Assembly (NCBI GenBank): GCA_016930515.1
Contig: JAFGGO010000189.1
Location: 1-39,070 of the forward strand
Direction of reading: 5' to 3'
DNA: 39,070 nucleotides
Source: Promethearchaeota archaeon
Lineage (GTDB): Archaea; Asgardarchaeota; Lokiarchaeia; Sigyniarchaeales; SOKP01
Under the pieces are notes generated by a model, which was given only the letters and a program-made list of their open reading frames with translations, ran no database searches and was not told the origin of the DNA. Shown one piece after another: positions 1 to 9,349 of the stretch. Position 1 is the first letter of the stretch. Each line of letters opens with the position of its first letter. The position numbers and the translations under genes are program-made.

Positions 1-55
1 AAAATAAATACATTACTACAACAAAATAATCCAGTAAATTTTTGGAGTTATTCAA

Positions 56-128
56 TGGATTGCCCAGGGATTCGAACCCAGGACTTATGGAAGGTTAACC
101 ATAAAATCAACATGTTCAATAGAGCAAT
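56..128 (-). other. Degenerate tRNA-like cloverleaf (possible pseudo-tRNA)
   Basis: Minus strand reads ATTGCTC-T-ATTGA ACATG TTGAT-T-TTATGG TTAACCTT CCATAA-GTC-CTGGG TTCGAAT CCCTG-GGCAAT-CCA: canonical T-loop, acceptor-like pairing, a 6-bp stem with an 8-nt loop, and no GG in the D-loop. Confidence 0.45.
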
Positions 129-452
129 ATTCCTTTGAGAATACTATAATTGTTCTAATGAGAAGTATATATCAAGGTATATAAATTTCTAAAAAAAATA
201 ACAAGTAATAAAAAGAAAATTAAATTTTCGATGATTTTTTGATTTAGAACTAGATTTATGACCTTTCTAATGATAATAAATGACCATTTGAACGAGATCA
301 CTATCCAAATGACAATTTACTTCACTTTTTTTTATAATTGGCATGTATTCATGCAGAAGTTTATAAGGTTTTCTGGTTTTTCAAATTACAAAGGAACTAG
401 GATTAGAATCAATTCTTTATTCAAATAAACCTCATTTAACAAGGTCATTTTC

Positions 453-1934
453 ATGGAAACGCATTATATGGGATACGAACTCATCGAAAAAATACAACTA
501 AAAGAGTTGAAGATACAGGACTTAATTCAATCGCATTACGAAAGAATTGAAGAAACCGAGCCTTTAATTCACTCTTTTACGAATATCTCAAAAGATGGTG
601 CCTTAAAAAAAGCCAAGCAACTTGATGATAAGATTAAAACGGCAAAATCCATTGGAAAATTACATGGCTTGCCGATTGCCGTCAAAGATTGTATTTGCGT
701 GAAAAACAGCCCAACAACCTGTGCGTCTCGGATTCTCGAAGGATATCATCCTCCTTTCAACGCAACAGTTGTCGAACGATTGGTAGAACACCAAGACGCA
801 ATTTGCATCGGTCGAACAAACATGGACGAATTCGCAATGGGCAGTTCCACTGAGAATAGTTGCTACGGCCCGTCAAAAAATCCTTGGGATCTCGAACGAG
901 TTCCAGGAGGGTCAAGTGGTGGTTCGGGTACGGCACTTGCGGCGGGTCAAACAGTCCTTGCTTTGGGAAGCGATACGGGCGGGAGCGTCAGAAGTCCAGC
1001 TGCATACTGCGGAGTCGTTGGATTAAAACCAACTTATGGGAGAGTTTCAAGATATGGACTCGTATCGTACGCAAATTCATTGGAACAAATCGGCCCCATG
1101 GCAAAATGCGTTAGGGACTGTGCGTTACTTCTTGAAATTATGGCTGGAAAGGATGAGTTAGATTCAACAACGATGAACACCCCCGTTGATGATTACTCGG
1201 AAGAATTAGAACAATCGATCAAGGGAAAAATCTTAGGCGTACCAAAGGAATTCTTTGGAGAAGGAGTCGATCGTCAGGTTAGAGAAAGCGTGATGAAATC
1301 GATTGAAGTTTTAAAACAATTAGACGCCAAGACGGTAGAAGTGTCATTTTCCCACCTTGAATATACCATCCCCACTTATTACTTGATCGCAATGAGCGAA
1401 GCTAGCTCTAATCTTGCTCGATTCGATGGACTCAGGTTCGGAAAAATGACTGAAAATCTCGAAGGAGACGTTTTCGATGTGTTTAGTCGAACGAGAGGTG
1501 AAAAATTCGGACCTGAAGTTCGGAGGAGGATAATGCTAGGCTCGTACGCCTTGTCTGCCGGATATTACGACATGTTCTATATTAAAGCCTTAAAAGTGAG
1601 AACGCTCATCAAGAACGATTTTCAAGAAGCATTTAAGAAATGTGACGCTATTGCCTGTCCTACGATGCCCACGACGGCTTTTAAGCTAGGAGAACTATTA
1701 GATGACCCTTTGCAGATGTACTTAATGGACGTCCTCACATGTCCAGTAAACTTGGCTGGTTTGCCCGCCTTATCCTTGCCGTGTGGCTTTGATACAAACG
1801 CTTTGCCCATAGGGTTTCAATTAATAGGTAATTATTTCGATGAAAGGACAATTCTGAATATTGGATATCAACTGGAGCAAGAACTTGATATTTATCGAAA
1901 AACACCACCATTAACGGGAGGAAATATCAAATGA
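453..1934 (+). CDS. gatA: Asp-tRNA(Asn)/Glu-tRNA(Gln) amidotransferase subunit A
   Basis: Amidase signature with intact Lys-cisSer-Ser triad (AVKD, GGSSGGS, GSDTGGSVRSPA); SNLARFDGLRFG and FGPEVRRRIMLG motifs; overlaps gatB by 4 nt. Confidence 0.97.
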   Translation: METHYMGYELIEKIQLKELKIQDLIQSHYERIEETEPLIHSFTNISKDGALKKAKQLDDKIKTAKSIGKLHGLPIAVKDCICVKNSPTTCASRILEGYHPPFNATVVERLVEHQDAICIGRTNMDEFAMGSSTENSCYGPSKNPWDLERVPGGSSGGSGTALAAGQTVLALGSDTGGSVRSPAAYCGVVGLKPTYGRVSRYGLVSYANSLEQIGPMAKCVRDCALLLEIMAGKDELDSTTMNTPVDDYSEELEQSIKGKILGVPKEFFGEGVDRQVRESVMKSIEVLKQLDAKTVEVSFSHLEYTIPTYYLIAMSEASSNLARFDGLRFGKMTENLEGDVFDVFSRTRGEKFGPEVRRRIMLGSYALSAGYYDMFYIKALKVRTLIKNDFQEAFKKCDAIACPTMPTTAFKLGELLDDPLQMYLMDVLTCPVNLAGLPALSLPCGFDTNALPIGFQLIGNYFDERTILNIGYQLEQELDIYRKTPPLTGGNIK

Positions 1935-3388
1935 GCAAATACGAAGGAGTTGTTATAGGCTTGGAAGTACATGTCCAGCTTACTGAACTCAAGACAAAGC
2001 TTTTTTGTGGGTGTAGCAGCGATTATCGAGGTAAGGAAGCTAACACGCTCGTGTGTCCAATTTGTTTGGGATTGCCAGGTTCGTTACCAGTAACAAACGA
2101 AAAAGCCATTGAGTTTGCCACATCCTTGGCCTTGGCGCTAAAGTGCGATATAAATAAGCAATTTTACTTTTTCAGAAAGAATTATTATTATCCCGACTTG
2201 CCAAAAGGATTTCAAATCTCTCAATACAACAAGGCGGGAGGGAAAGCGTTCGCCGACGGGGGCGTGGTTAGTATCAGGATTAATGACGACAATAAGGACA
2301 TTCACCTTAACAGGATCCACTTGGAGGAGGACCCTGCTAGAATCGTACACGAGGGAAGTATAGCAACCTCACCGTATGCCCTTGTAGATTACAATCGTAG
2401 TGGAACCACATTAATTGAGATAGTTTCTGAACCCGACATGAGAACTCCCGCAGAAGCTCGAGAATATCTCAAACAATTAATATCACTCGTCCAATACACG
2501 GGAATATGCGACCCAGCTCTTGAAGGGGCGTTTCGGGTGGACGCTAATGTGTCGTTCAAGGGAAATGAACGTGCTGAAATAAAAAATATAAACAGCATTC
2601 GAGAAGTAGAAGCGGCACTCGAATATGAGATTGGTTTACAAAAAAGAAGGGTTGGAAAAGGAGAAACGCTCAAGCAAGAAACGAAACATTGGGACGGCAC
2701 GAAAACTATTCCCCTCAGGAGTAAGGAGTTCGAAGCAGATTACAAGTACTTTCCGGAACAAGATCTGGTTCCGTTTGAAATTAATGACTCATACATCGAT
2801 AAAGCGAGAAAAAAACTCCCAGAAATGCCCGATCAGAGGAAGGTACGGTATCAAGAGGAGTTTCAATTATCAGAGTTTGATGCAGGAATTCTCGTTCTCG
2901 ACAAGCAAATTGCCGATTTTTTCGAGAAGGGCGTAAAATTAAACGAATCATTTGGACCTGAAGAGTACAAGCTCTATTGCAATTGGTTGATGAACGACAT
3001 CTCGGGGTGGTTAAACGAAAATACCAAGAAGATCAACGAAACATCGTTAAGACCAAAACAGTTAGTTGATTTGATCAATTTCATAAAGGATGGAAAAATC
3101 ACGGGAAAAATTGCAAAGACTTTCGTTCCTAAAATGATGGATGGTAACGATATTGAGGAGATAGTGAAAGAGACTGGAAAGCAAGCGATTTCAGACGAAT
3201 CTGTATTAGAGAAAACCGTATTACAAGTAATTAAGGAGAACCCAAAGATAGTAGAAGATTGCAAGAAAAACATGAAAGCGAAGAAAGCGTTAATAGGAAG
3301 AGTCATGGCAAAAACCAAAGGACAAGCAAATCCTCAAAAAACAGAAGAAATCATTGATAGTAAGCTCAAGGAAATGGGCATAATATAA
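1931..3388 (+). CDS. gatB: Asp-tRNA(Asn)/Glu-tRNA(Gln) amidotransferase subunit B
   Basis: IGLEVHVQL, CPICLGLPGSLP, RKNYYYPDLPKGFQISQ, IHLEED, DYKYFPEQDL and a C-terminal Yqey-like domain. Confidence 0.97.
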   Translation: MSKYEGVVIGLEVHVQLTELKTKLFCGCSSDYRGKEANTLVCPICLGLPGSLPVTNEKAIEFATSLALALKCDINKQFYFFRKNYYYPDLPKGFQISQYNKAGGKAFADGGVVSIRINDDNKDIHLNRIHLEEDPARIVHEGSIATSPYALVDYNRSGTTLIEIVSEPDMRTPAEAREYLKQLISLVQYTGICDPALEGAFRVDANVSFKGNERAEIKNINSIREVEAALEYEIGLQKRRVGKGETLKQETKHWDGTKTIPLRSKEFEADYKYFPEQDLVPFEINDSYIDKARKKLPEMPDQRKVRYQEEFQLSEFDAGILVLDKQIADFFEKGVKLNESFGPEEYKLYCNWLMNDISGWLNENTKKINETSLRPKQLVDLINFIKDGKITGKIAKTFVPKMMDGNDIEEIVKETGKQAISDESVLEKTVLQVIKENPKIVEDCKKNMKAKKALIGRVMAKTKGQANPQKTEEIIDSKLKEMGII

Positions 3389-3416
3389 TGATAAGAAAAA
3401 ATAAAACGAGTTAATT

Positions 3417-4178
3417 TTAATTGCTTGATCTGGGTCGGATATAACCGAAATATGCACCAAAATACCCCATCAAGGCGCATAACATGCCAATATAGTAAAA
3501 CGGAGAAAATCCGTATGGATATACCTCGACTAGAAATATTTTTGCGAACCGATCCAACAGTTGAAAGATGAGAATTTGGGACACAAAAAAACTCATGAGG
3601 GTCAGGGACAAGAACCCTTTTTTAAAGGTAGGATTATCCACCGCCTTATAGTTCTTTCGGCATTGACTCATAAAGGGAATGTTAATGGCGAACACGTAGA
3701 TGGCGATCAAGATGAACGAGAGGATTTCTATAAAATCATTACCTTTTATGTAGACGAAAACTTGATAAATGATAGTGAATCCGCCAAACATGATTACGAA
3801 CCATTTCTCCAAGGGCTTGTAACTCTCTTCAAAAAGCTTGACTCTCAACACGTAAGTGAACGCAGACGCTAAAGCCATGAATACAAACGAGGACCGATAG
3901 TCAACAATTCTTAACACGATAAAAGATTCGATCGTGAGTGGATCGACCGCTTCCACATCGTTCACGTAATCATACGCTCGTGAAAACGAAATTATCTTGC
4001 TTGCGCACGAAAAAATTAATGTTAATAAATAAAAGGTAAATATCACGAATAATATTAAAGTAAACTGGTGTCGCTTTTCCAAGTATTTCTTGAGGATCAA
4101 AGCAAGGATGATTAAGGCGATGATGATGACAATCGATTCATACACGATGGCAGAAAGAAGCAAATCTGACTCTGTCAT
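3417..4178 (-). CDS. Hypothetical membrane protein, about 7 TM helices
   Basis: 253-aa ORF with about seven hydrophobic segments; no catalytic motif recognised. Confidence 0.8.
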   Translation of the reverse strand: MTESDLLLSAIVYESIVIIIALIILALILKKYLEKRHQFTLILFVIFTFYLLTLIFSCASKIISFSRAYDYVNDVEAVDPLTIESFIVLRIVDYRSSFVFMALASAFTYVLRVKLFEESYKPLEKWFVIMFGGFTIIYQVFVYIKGNDFIEILSFILIAIYVFAINIPFMSQCRKNYKAVDNPTFKKGFLSLTLMSFFVSQILIFQLLDRFAKIFLVEVYPYGFSPFYYIGMLCALMGYFGAYFGYIRPRSSN

Positions 4179-4264
4179 GCTATTACCATGAACATTATAT
4201 TATTTATATGTTACCTTTTTTCCACTACATAACTATCGAACATGTAAAAAAGAGAAAAAAATGA

Positions 4265-4621
4265 TTATAACAACGGAGTCAACGCTTTCACGGCAGCGTT
4301 AAGCTTTAATTTTACGATGCCTAACTTGGCGTCTATACCCGAAATGACCACGATGATGTTGTCCTTGATGTTATCAAATAAAATCCTTCCTTTTTGGCTT
4401 TCTACAATTGCTCCGTCAAATGTTCCCTGCTCCAACTCCTTGGATGCTCTCTGAGAGGCTTTCAAGATCAAGGTTACCATTGCCGCAACGCTTTCCTCAT
4501 CGATCCAACCTGGCAAGGCCCTACCCTTAATTAACCCGAACTTTTCTATGATAGCGGCGCCGTGGACGCCCTTAATGTTCTTGAGCTTGTTTAATATCTC
4601 TGTTATTCTGTCTTGACTCAT
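4265..4621 (-). CDS. Roadblock/LC7 (MglB-like) domain protein
   Basis: 118 aa; GVHGAAIIEKFGLI...LPGWIDEESVAAM...ELEQG...IVESQKGRIL...AKLGIV pattern typical of the Roadblock fold. Confidence 0.9.
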   Translation of the reverse strand: MSQDRITEILNKLKNIKGVHGAAIIEKFGLIKGRALPGWIDEESVAAMVTLILKASQRASKELEQGTFDGAIVESQKGRILFDNIKDNIIVVISGIDAKLGIVKLKLNAAVKALTPLL

Positions 4622-4866
4622 GATAGTTCAATTAAGATAATATACTATTTTGATAGTAATATTGTAAGATCTTATCCTATTTAAGTATGAAGCCTTTAAT
4701 TGATGATATTGTATATATCGCATTCTTTTTGATCCCAACCTAAATTGATTCTTGTTTCAGGAGTATAATAATTCCGTTTCTCGAAGGATATCAAGCAAGA
4801 AGTTATAAAATAAAAAAAAAATAAAAAAAATGCAAATGAAAAATTAGGAAGAACGAGAAAAGTAAT

Positions 4867-5502
4867 TTATATAAAGCTGATATCGTCAAACTCAGAATCC
4901 AAATCGCCCGATTCCTTAGCAATGCCGATATCTCTTACGATGCGGTTTAATTCTAATACAGCATCTCTAACAATTTCGCTATTTTTCGCGCCCGTACAGA
5001 CGATCTTTCCCGTGGAGAATATGAGAAAGACGGTTTTAGGATCTTTCATTCTATAGATAAGCCCTGGAAAAACTTCGGGCTCGTACATGACGTTTTCCAT
5101 GACGATTGCCGCCATGTTCAAGTCGATGTTCGTGTGCAAGTCTCCGCTCGCCACGATGTTTTGGATGGTAATTTCCGGATTGGAAACCTTGATACCCGCC
5201 TTTTTGATGTTCTTGATGGCCTTATCAACCCCTCGGGCGGCCTCGTCTGCCTTGCGCAATCCCGTCACTACCATTTTACCCGTGGAAAAGATGAGAAAAG
5301 TTGCTTTTGGATCGTTGATTCTCATGACGAGCCCGGGAAAACGCTCGGGATTGTACTCGGCGTCTCCGTGCTTGCGTGCGATCATGTTGAGATCCATTTT
5401 TTCCTCTATTTCTACATTTACAGTTGCTACTACATTTTCGATTTTGTAATCTAACTCGTTTTCAAAATCGTATTCCTCGCTTTCGTTATCTGTAGGTGAC
5501 AT
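4867..5502 (-). CDS. tbp: TATA-box binding protein
   Basis: Two TBP repeats (ENVVAT...YNPERFPGLV...LIFSTGKMVVTG; QNIVAS...YEPEVFPGLI...LIFSTGKIVCTG) with acidic termini. Confidence 0.98.
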   Translation of the reverse strand: MSPTDNESEEYDFENELDYKIENVVATVNVEIEEKMDLNMIARKHGDAEYNPERFPGLVMRINDPKATFLIFSTGKMVVTGLRKADEAARGVDKAIKNIKKAGIKVSNPEITIQNIVASGDLHTNIDLNMAAIVMENVMYEPEVFPGLIYRMKDPKTVFLIFSTGKIVCTGAKNSEIVRDAVLELNRIVRDIGIAKESGDLDSEFDDISFI

Positions 5503-5583
5503 AATTGAGATAAAAAGAATGTAATTTTAATTTCAAAAATTCAGATGCAAATTTTTCTGATACATATTTAAATTTATAAAGGG

Positions 5584-5600
5584 TATTTAAATCTTTTTTA
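5584..5600 (-). promoter_or_regulatory. Putative BRE/TATA promoter of tbp
   Basis: Minus strand purine-rich AAAAAAGA followed by TTTAAATA about 80 nt upstream of the tbp ATG; AT-rich background makes this uncertain. Confidence 0.35.
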
Positions 5601-5820
5601 TTTATCCTAAAATTTTTTTAAATCATTTTTAAAAAAATTGCGTTCTAAAAGCAAGTGAATTTTAATACAAAAATGTTGCTCTTGAGCTCCTTTATTTGTT
5701 GTTTTTTCTACTTATCTATGTCATGAATCGTTCCTTGAAGCAGATAAGGATAAATAACTAGGCTTGCATCTTTTATATAAAGCTTAATTATATTATCAAG
5801 TTTAAAGAAGGGTAATCAAA

Positions 5821-6591
5821 GTGAAGGACGAGGTAAATAAAGCATATTCCGTGTTCAAGGAGGCCTTCGAAGTTTTGAGCGAGTATTTCGACGAAAAAAG
5901 GTCGGACACCGTAGTGGAAAAGAAGGATAAAATAAAGATATCCTTGGCGAAATTTTCGAAAGGCTTGATCGGCAACACGGACAAGATTAATTTCAGGATA
6001 TTAATTGGCCAGAAAAAGGAGCCGGGAGACTTTATTTACGAGGCGGTCTATTTGAACGATAAAAAGGACCCACGCATTTTTATATATGATGTTGAAAAGG
6101 GTAAACCCATTAATACCGTGCTATCTGACTTCAAAGAGGAAGATTGGAACGGCTACAAAAAGTTGGAAAAATTCAAGGATATTAAAAAATTTCTTGAATA
6201 CGCTTACCAAGAAGGAGTATACTCAGAAGGAAAAAAGGAAAAAAAGGAAGACGCCCTTAACAAGCTCATCAAGGGCTTGAAGAGGTCGCTCGAAGCGATC
6301 GAAGCCGACGAGAAGGAGAGGGGGAAAGTTTCTAACGATCGTGTCAAGAAAATAGCAAAAATTATTGCTATCACGGCAGTGACCACGATTGCCACCGCCA
6401 TGCTAACTCCTGCCGTGGGCGTAATTGCACAAGAGATCGCAACTGGAGGTCAACTCACCGGCGGAGTTGCGCAACAAGCAGGTCAGGCGGCCCTTGAAGG
6501 CCTCAAGAACGTGGCTGATCCGCTCAAGTTGGCCAAGAAAGCGGTCACGAAATCTGTCACTAAAGGTGTTGATATAGGTGGAAATCAATAA
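5821..6591 (+). CDS. Hypothetical protein with a C-terminal hydrophobic Gly/Ala-rich segment
   Basis: 256-aa ORF with coding-like composition; charged N-terminal part, then IIAITAVTTIATAMLTPAVGVIAQ...GGVAQQAGQAA. Confidence 0.75.
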   Translation: MKDEVNKAYSVFKEAFEVLSEYFDEKRSDTVVEKKDKIKISLAKFSKGLIGNTDKINFRILIGQKKEPGDFIYEAVYLNDKKDPRIFIYDVEKGKPINTVLSDFKEEDWNGYKKLEKFKDIKKFLEYAYQEGVYSEGKKEKKEDALNKLIKGLKRSLEAIEADEKERGKVSNDRVKKIAKIIAITAVTTIATAMLTPAVGVIAQEIATGGQLTGGVAQQAGQAALEGLKNVADPLKLAKKAVTKSVTKGVDIGGNQ

Positions 6592-6897
6592 TTTATAATA
6601 AATTCAACTAATCCTCTTTTTTTGATTTTCAAAAAACATTGAAAAAATTGTATATTTTTAAAATCTTTATTAACGATTTTTCATTTTTCAAATATAATAT
6701 AGCTTCAAATTGAAGTTTAGCTTAATATCTGGCGATTTGGGATATATTATCAACGATCAGAAAGAATGGGTTAATAAAATTAATAATAATTAAGATTAGA
6801 AATTTAAATACTTCAATTTCATGTGTTTTGTATTTAAATAGGAGATAAAAAGTTAAAACTTGTACAATAGTTTTACCTTTTTTTTTCAACTCTATCT

Positions 6898-7293
6898 TCA
6901 TTCTAATTTTAATTCCGAAAAGTAAAATAAGTGGCTACTGCAATAACAATCAGAAGACCCAAAATTCTTTATTTCATCGTCAGCTTTATCAAATAATTCG
7001 CCCGCAACACAACATTCCATCTTTTGTTTAGATGGGATTAGAATAAGTTTAATTATTCGCGAATTTTCATCGTTTAGTAAATAATCTATGTGCCAATGTA
7101 TTTTTTTCATACTGGAAGGTGAAACATGTCGCCTTACCCTACATAGTAAGCTGGAAGCCCCTTTTGTACCCATCGCAGAACCAACATAACAATAATACCC
7201 TTTCTGAAAGATTAAATTACCAAGCGAGCCAATCCTGATCTTCTTATCAATATTAAGCTTAATAACTAAAATATAAGCCCCAGGGATTTTTAA
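6898..7293 (-). CDS. GIY-YIG (Uri/DUF123-type) nuclease family protein; true start lies upstream of the called ORF
   Basis: The frame stays open upstream of ATG 7173: LKIPGAYILVIKLNIDKKIRIGSLGNLIFQKGYYCYVGSA, then RVRRH, HWHIDYL, E-C and FGSSDCxCxSHL, typical of DUF123. No ATG/GTG/TTG in the extension. Confidence 0.85.
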   Translation of the reverse strand, partial: LKIPGAYILVIKLNIDKKIRIGSLGNLIFQKGYYCYVGSAMGTKGASSLLCRVRRHVSPSSMKKIHWHIDYLLNDENSRIIKLILIPSKQKMECCVAGELFDKADDEIKNFGSSDCYCSSHLFYFSELKLE

Positions 7294-7297
7294 AACC

Positions 7298-7840
7298 TCA
7301 GTCGGTATTCTTTTTGAAATTTAAAGGTAGTTTTTCCTTGACTTCGTTGATCATTTTCTTACCGTTGGCGTTAATTTCTTCTAAGATTTCTCGTAAAATA
7401 GTATTGACATCCACATCCTCGAGCTGACATGCTACATAAAGTATTGAAACGATCTCTTTAGCTAGGATGCTTATCTTTTTGATGTCATTTATCGGGATCC
7501 TAATTCCAAGGGCCTTCAAGTCCTGATGAGTTTCTTTTTCTTGTTGGCGGACTGCGATGAGGACATCGTTTTTATGTCCTTTCCACTCCTCGGATATGGC
7601 TCGCACTGAAAGGCGATATTCTTTCGTTGGACTACCAATACCCACCACATCGTTAGCAAAATCGAGCGGTTGGGAGGTTTTTAATGCTTTTAATCCAAAT
7701 GAACGATTCATTAAATTTGACTTGTTTAATTTATTTTTCACGTGCGAAACTTCGCTGGCGATTTGTTCGATCTTGAGCGAAAGCTTCTCAACTTGGTTCA
7801 AAAATAATTCTTTATCAACAAATGCGTCAGTCTCGTTCAT
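7298..7840 (-). CDS. Hypothetical protein; N-terminal coiled coil and possible PC4-like domain
   Basis: 180-aa ORF; RLSVRAISEEWKGHKNDVLIAVRQ...ALGIRIP resembles the PC4/YdbC beta-sheet pattern (tentative). Confidence 0.7.
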   Translation of the reverse strand: MNETDAFVDKELFLNQVEKLSLKIEQIASEVSHVKNKLNKSNLMNRSFGLKALKTSQPLDFANDVVGIGSPTKEYRLSVRAISEEWKGHKNDVLIAVRQQEKETHQDLKALGIRIPINDIKKISILAKEIVSILYVACQLEDVDVNTILREILEEINANGKKMINEVKEKLPLNFKKNTD

Positions 7841-7989
7841 TGTTCCAATTCATATGATAAATTCAATGAAATAAATTAAAACCTAACTGTTTATTAAAGT
7901 TGTTATTAAAGAAATAATTTACAGATATGAGTAAAAGGTAATATAAGTTCCTTTCAGAAAATAAGTGTTTATCGTTAGAATTAGAATAA

Positions 7990-9114
7990 TTAATCACGAC
8001 TGTGAATGATATAAAGTTTTGAGAGAAGTTTTAAAAAGGGATTCTTGACCGAAAGGAAATCCAATTCTTCGGGGGTAAAATAACTTAGATAACCCTCTTC
8101 TACCAGGTACTGAGTGACAGTTCGGTTATTTTCCTCGATCCGTAATGCAATCTCGTCTTTGAACACACGCTTTGCTTTAGGATCTCCTGCTTCGGTTAGT
8201 TTTTTAAGTAATGGAAACGAGAGATTGCGGTGCAACAAGCGCGTGTCGTAATCGTGCTCAACCCAAGCTTGCAAATTTGAACAATGCCCCCAGAATTCCA
8301 CTTCGGGTGTGAGACCTATTTCGTCTACTGTATTTGCTTCAAGGGAATGGTCAAGTTTACTTTCGGCTTCGTCAATGGATTTGATCTCGTCGTATTCCTT
8401 TATTTTTGAAACGGGAATGTTGAGCAACAAGTATTTACATTGACTGAAATGAATTCCGTTCACGTAAATGTTCGTGATGTTCCAATCTAATTGGAGGGTG
8501 ATGTAATCGTTGACTTTAAAAGTTTTTAATGCATAATTTGAGTTCGGTCTAATTCTTTGTCGCCATTGCGGGCGAATTGAAGGATTATACGGAATTTCAG
8601 GAACGGGTATCATATCTAAACCGAGTATTTTTCTCACGAGGTTTTCAAAAACGATCTTGACATTTTCTCCCGTAAGAGAAGACACTTCAACGAAATCAAA
8701 TATATTATGTCGAGAAATAAAGTCCATGATGGTAAATTTTTGGACCGCCCTATTATCAGAATCGGCTTTTGTTCCTACCAGCAAGATTGGTAGATTGGGA
8801 TTTGTTTTTCTGAATAAATTCACCCATTCTTCAAGATCGTCGAAAGAAACATATCTTTGATAATCAAATGCGAGGATGGCCCCATCAGCACCATTACAGA
8901 GTGTTTCCTGAAAGAAACGCCACCGCTTTTGTCCAGCAAAATCCCAAAAGGCTATCTTTTCTATTTTTCCCTCTATTTCAAGTTCTTTAGAAAAAAAATC
9001 AACTCCTATGGTCAAAGATGACGGAGCCCACCTATTCTCAACGAACCTCTTCAGTAGCGTGGTGCGTCCAACGCCTCCAGCGCCACCCAGCAGGATCTTT
9101 CTAGCTCGCGTCAT
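7990..9114 (-). CDS. Rab-like small GTPase fused to a Lokiarchaeia-type C-terminal domain
   Basis: G1 GAGGVGRT, G2 TIGVDF, G3 WDFAGQ, G4 TKAD, G5 SSL; C-terminal FKVNDYITL...CKYLLLNIP...EFWGHCSNLQAW...FPLLKKL domain. Confidence 0.9.
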   Translation of the reverse strand: MTRARKILLGGAGGVGRTTLLKRFVENRWAPSSLTIGVDFFSKELEIEGKIEKIAFWDFAGQKRWRFFQETLCNGADGAILAFDYQRYVSFDDLEEWVNLFRKTNPNLPILLVGTKADSDNRAVQKFTIMDFISRHNIFDFVEVSSLTGENVKIVFENLVRKILGLDMIPVPEIPYNPSIRPQWRQRIRPNSNYALKTFKVNDYITLQLDWNITNIYVNGIHFSQCKYLLLNIPVSKIKEYDEIKSIDEAESKLDHSLEANTVDEIGLTPEVEFWGHCSNLQAWVEHDYDTRLLHRNLSFPLLKKLTEAGDPKAKRVFKDEIALRIEENNRTVTQYLVEEGYLSYFTPEELDFLSVKNPFLKLLSKLYIIHSRD

Positions 9115-9349
9115 ATTTGAATTGAGTATTTTTATGAAATAATATATATATTAAATCCTTAATCCTTATGATGAATTAGTTTTTTGTAAAATATAAATGT
9201 TATATTCCAATGATGTGATGCGTTTTATCAACACGATATAAATACTTGATTGAAATCTATAAAAAAATATGTGTTCAGTAATGGATCTAGATCACGCCAA
9301 GTAATATTAACACAATAAAAAATAAAAATTAGAATTGAAATTTTGGATT

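Noticed and set aside
56..128. tRNA-Sec or tRNA-Pyl identity for the tRNA-like element
   Set aside because: No UCA or CUA anticodon and no long variable arm.
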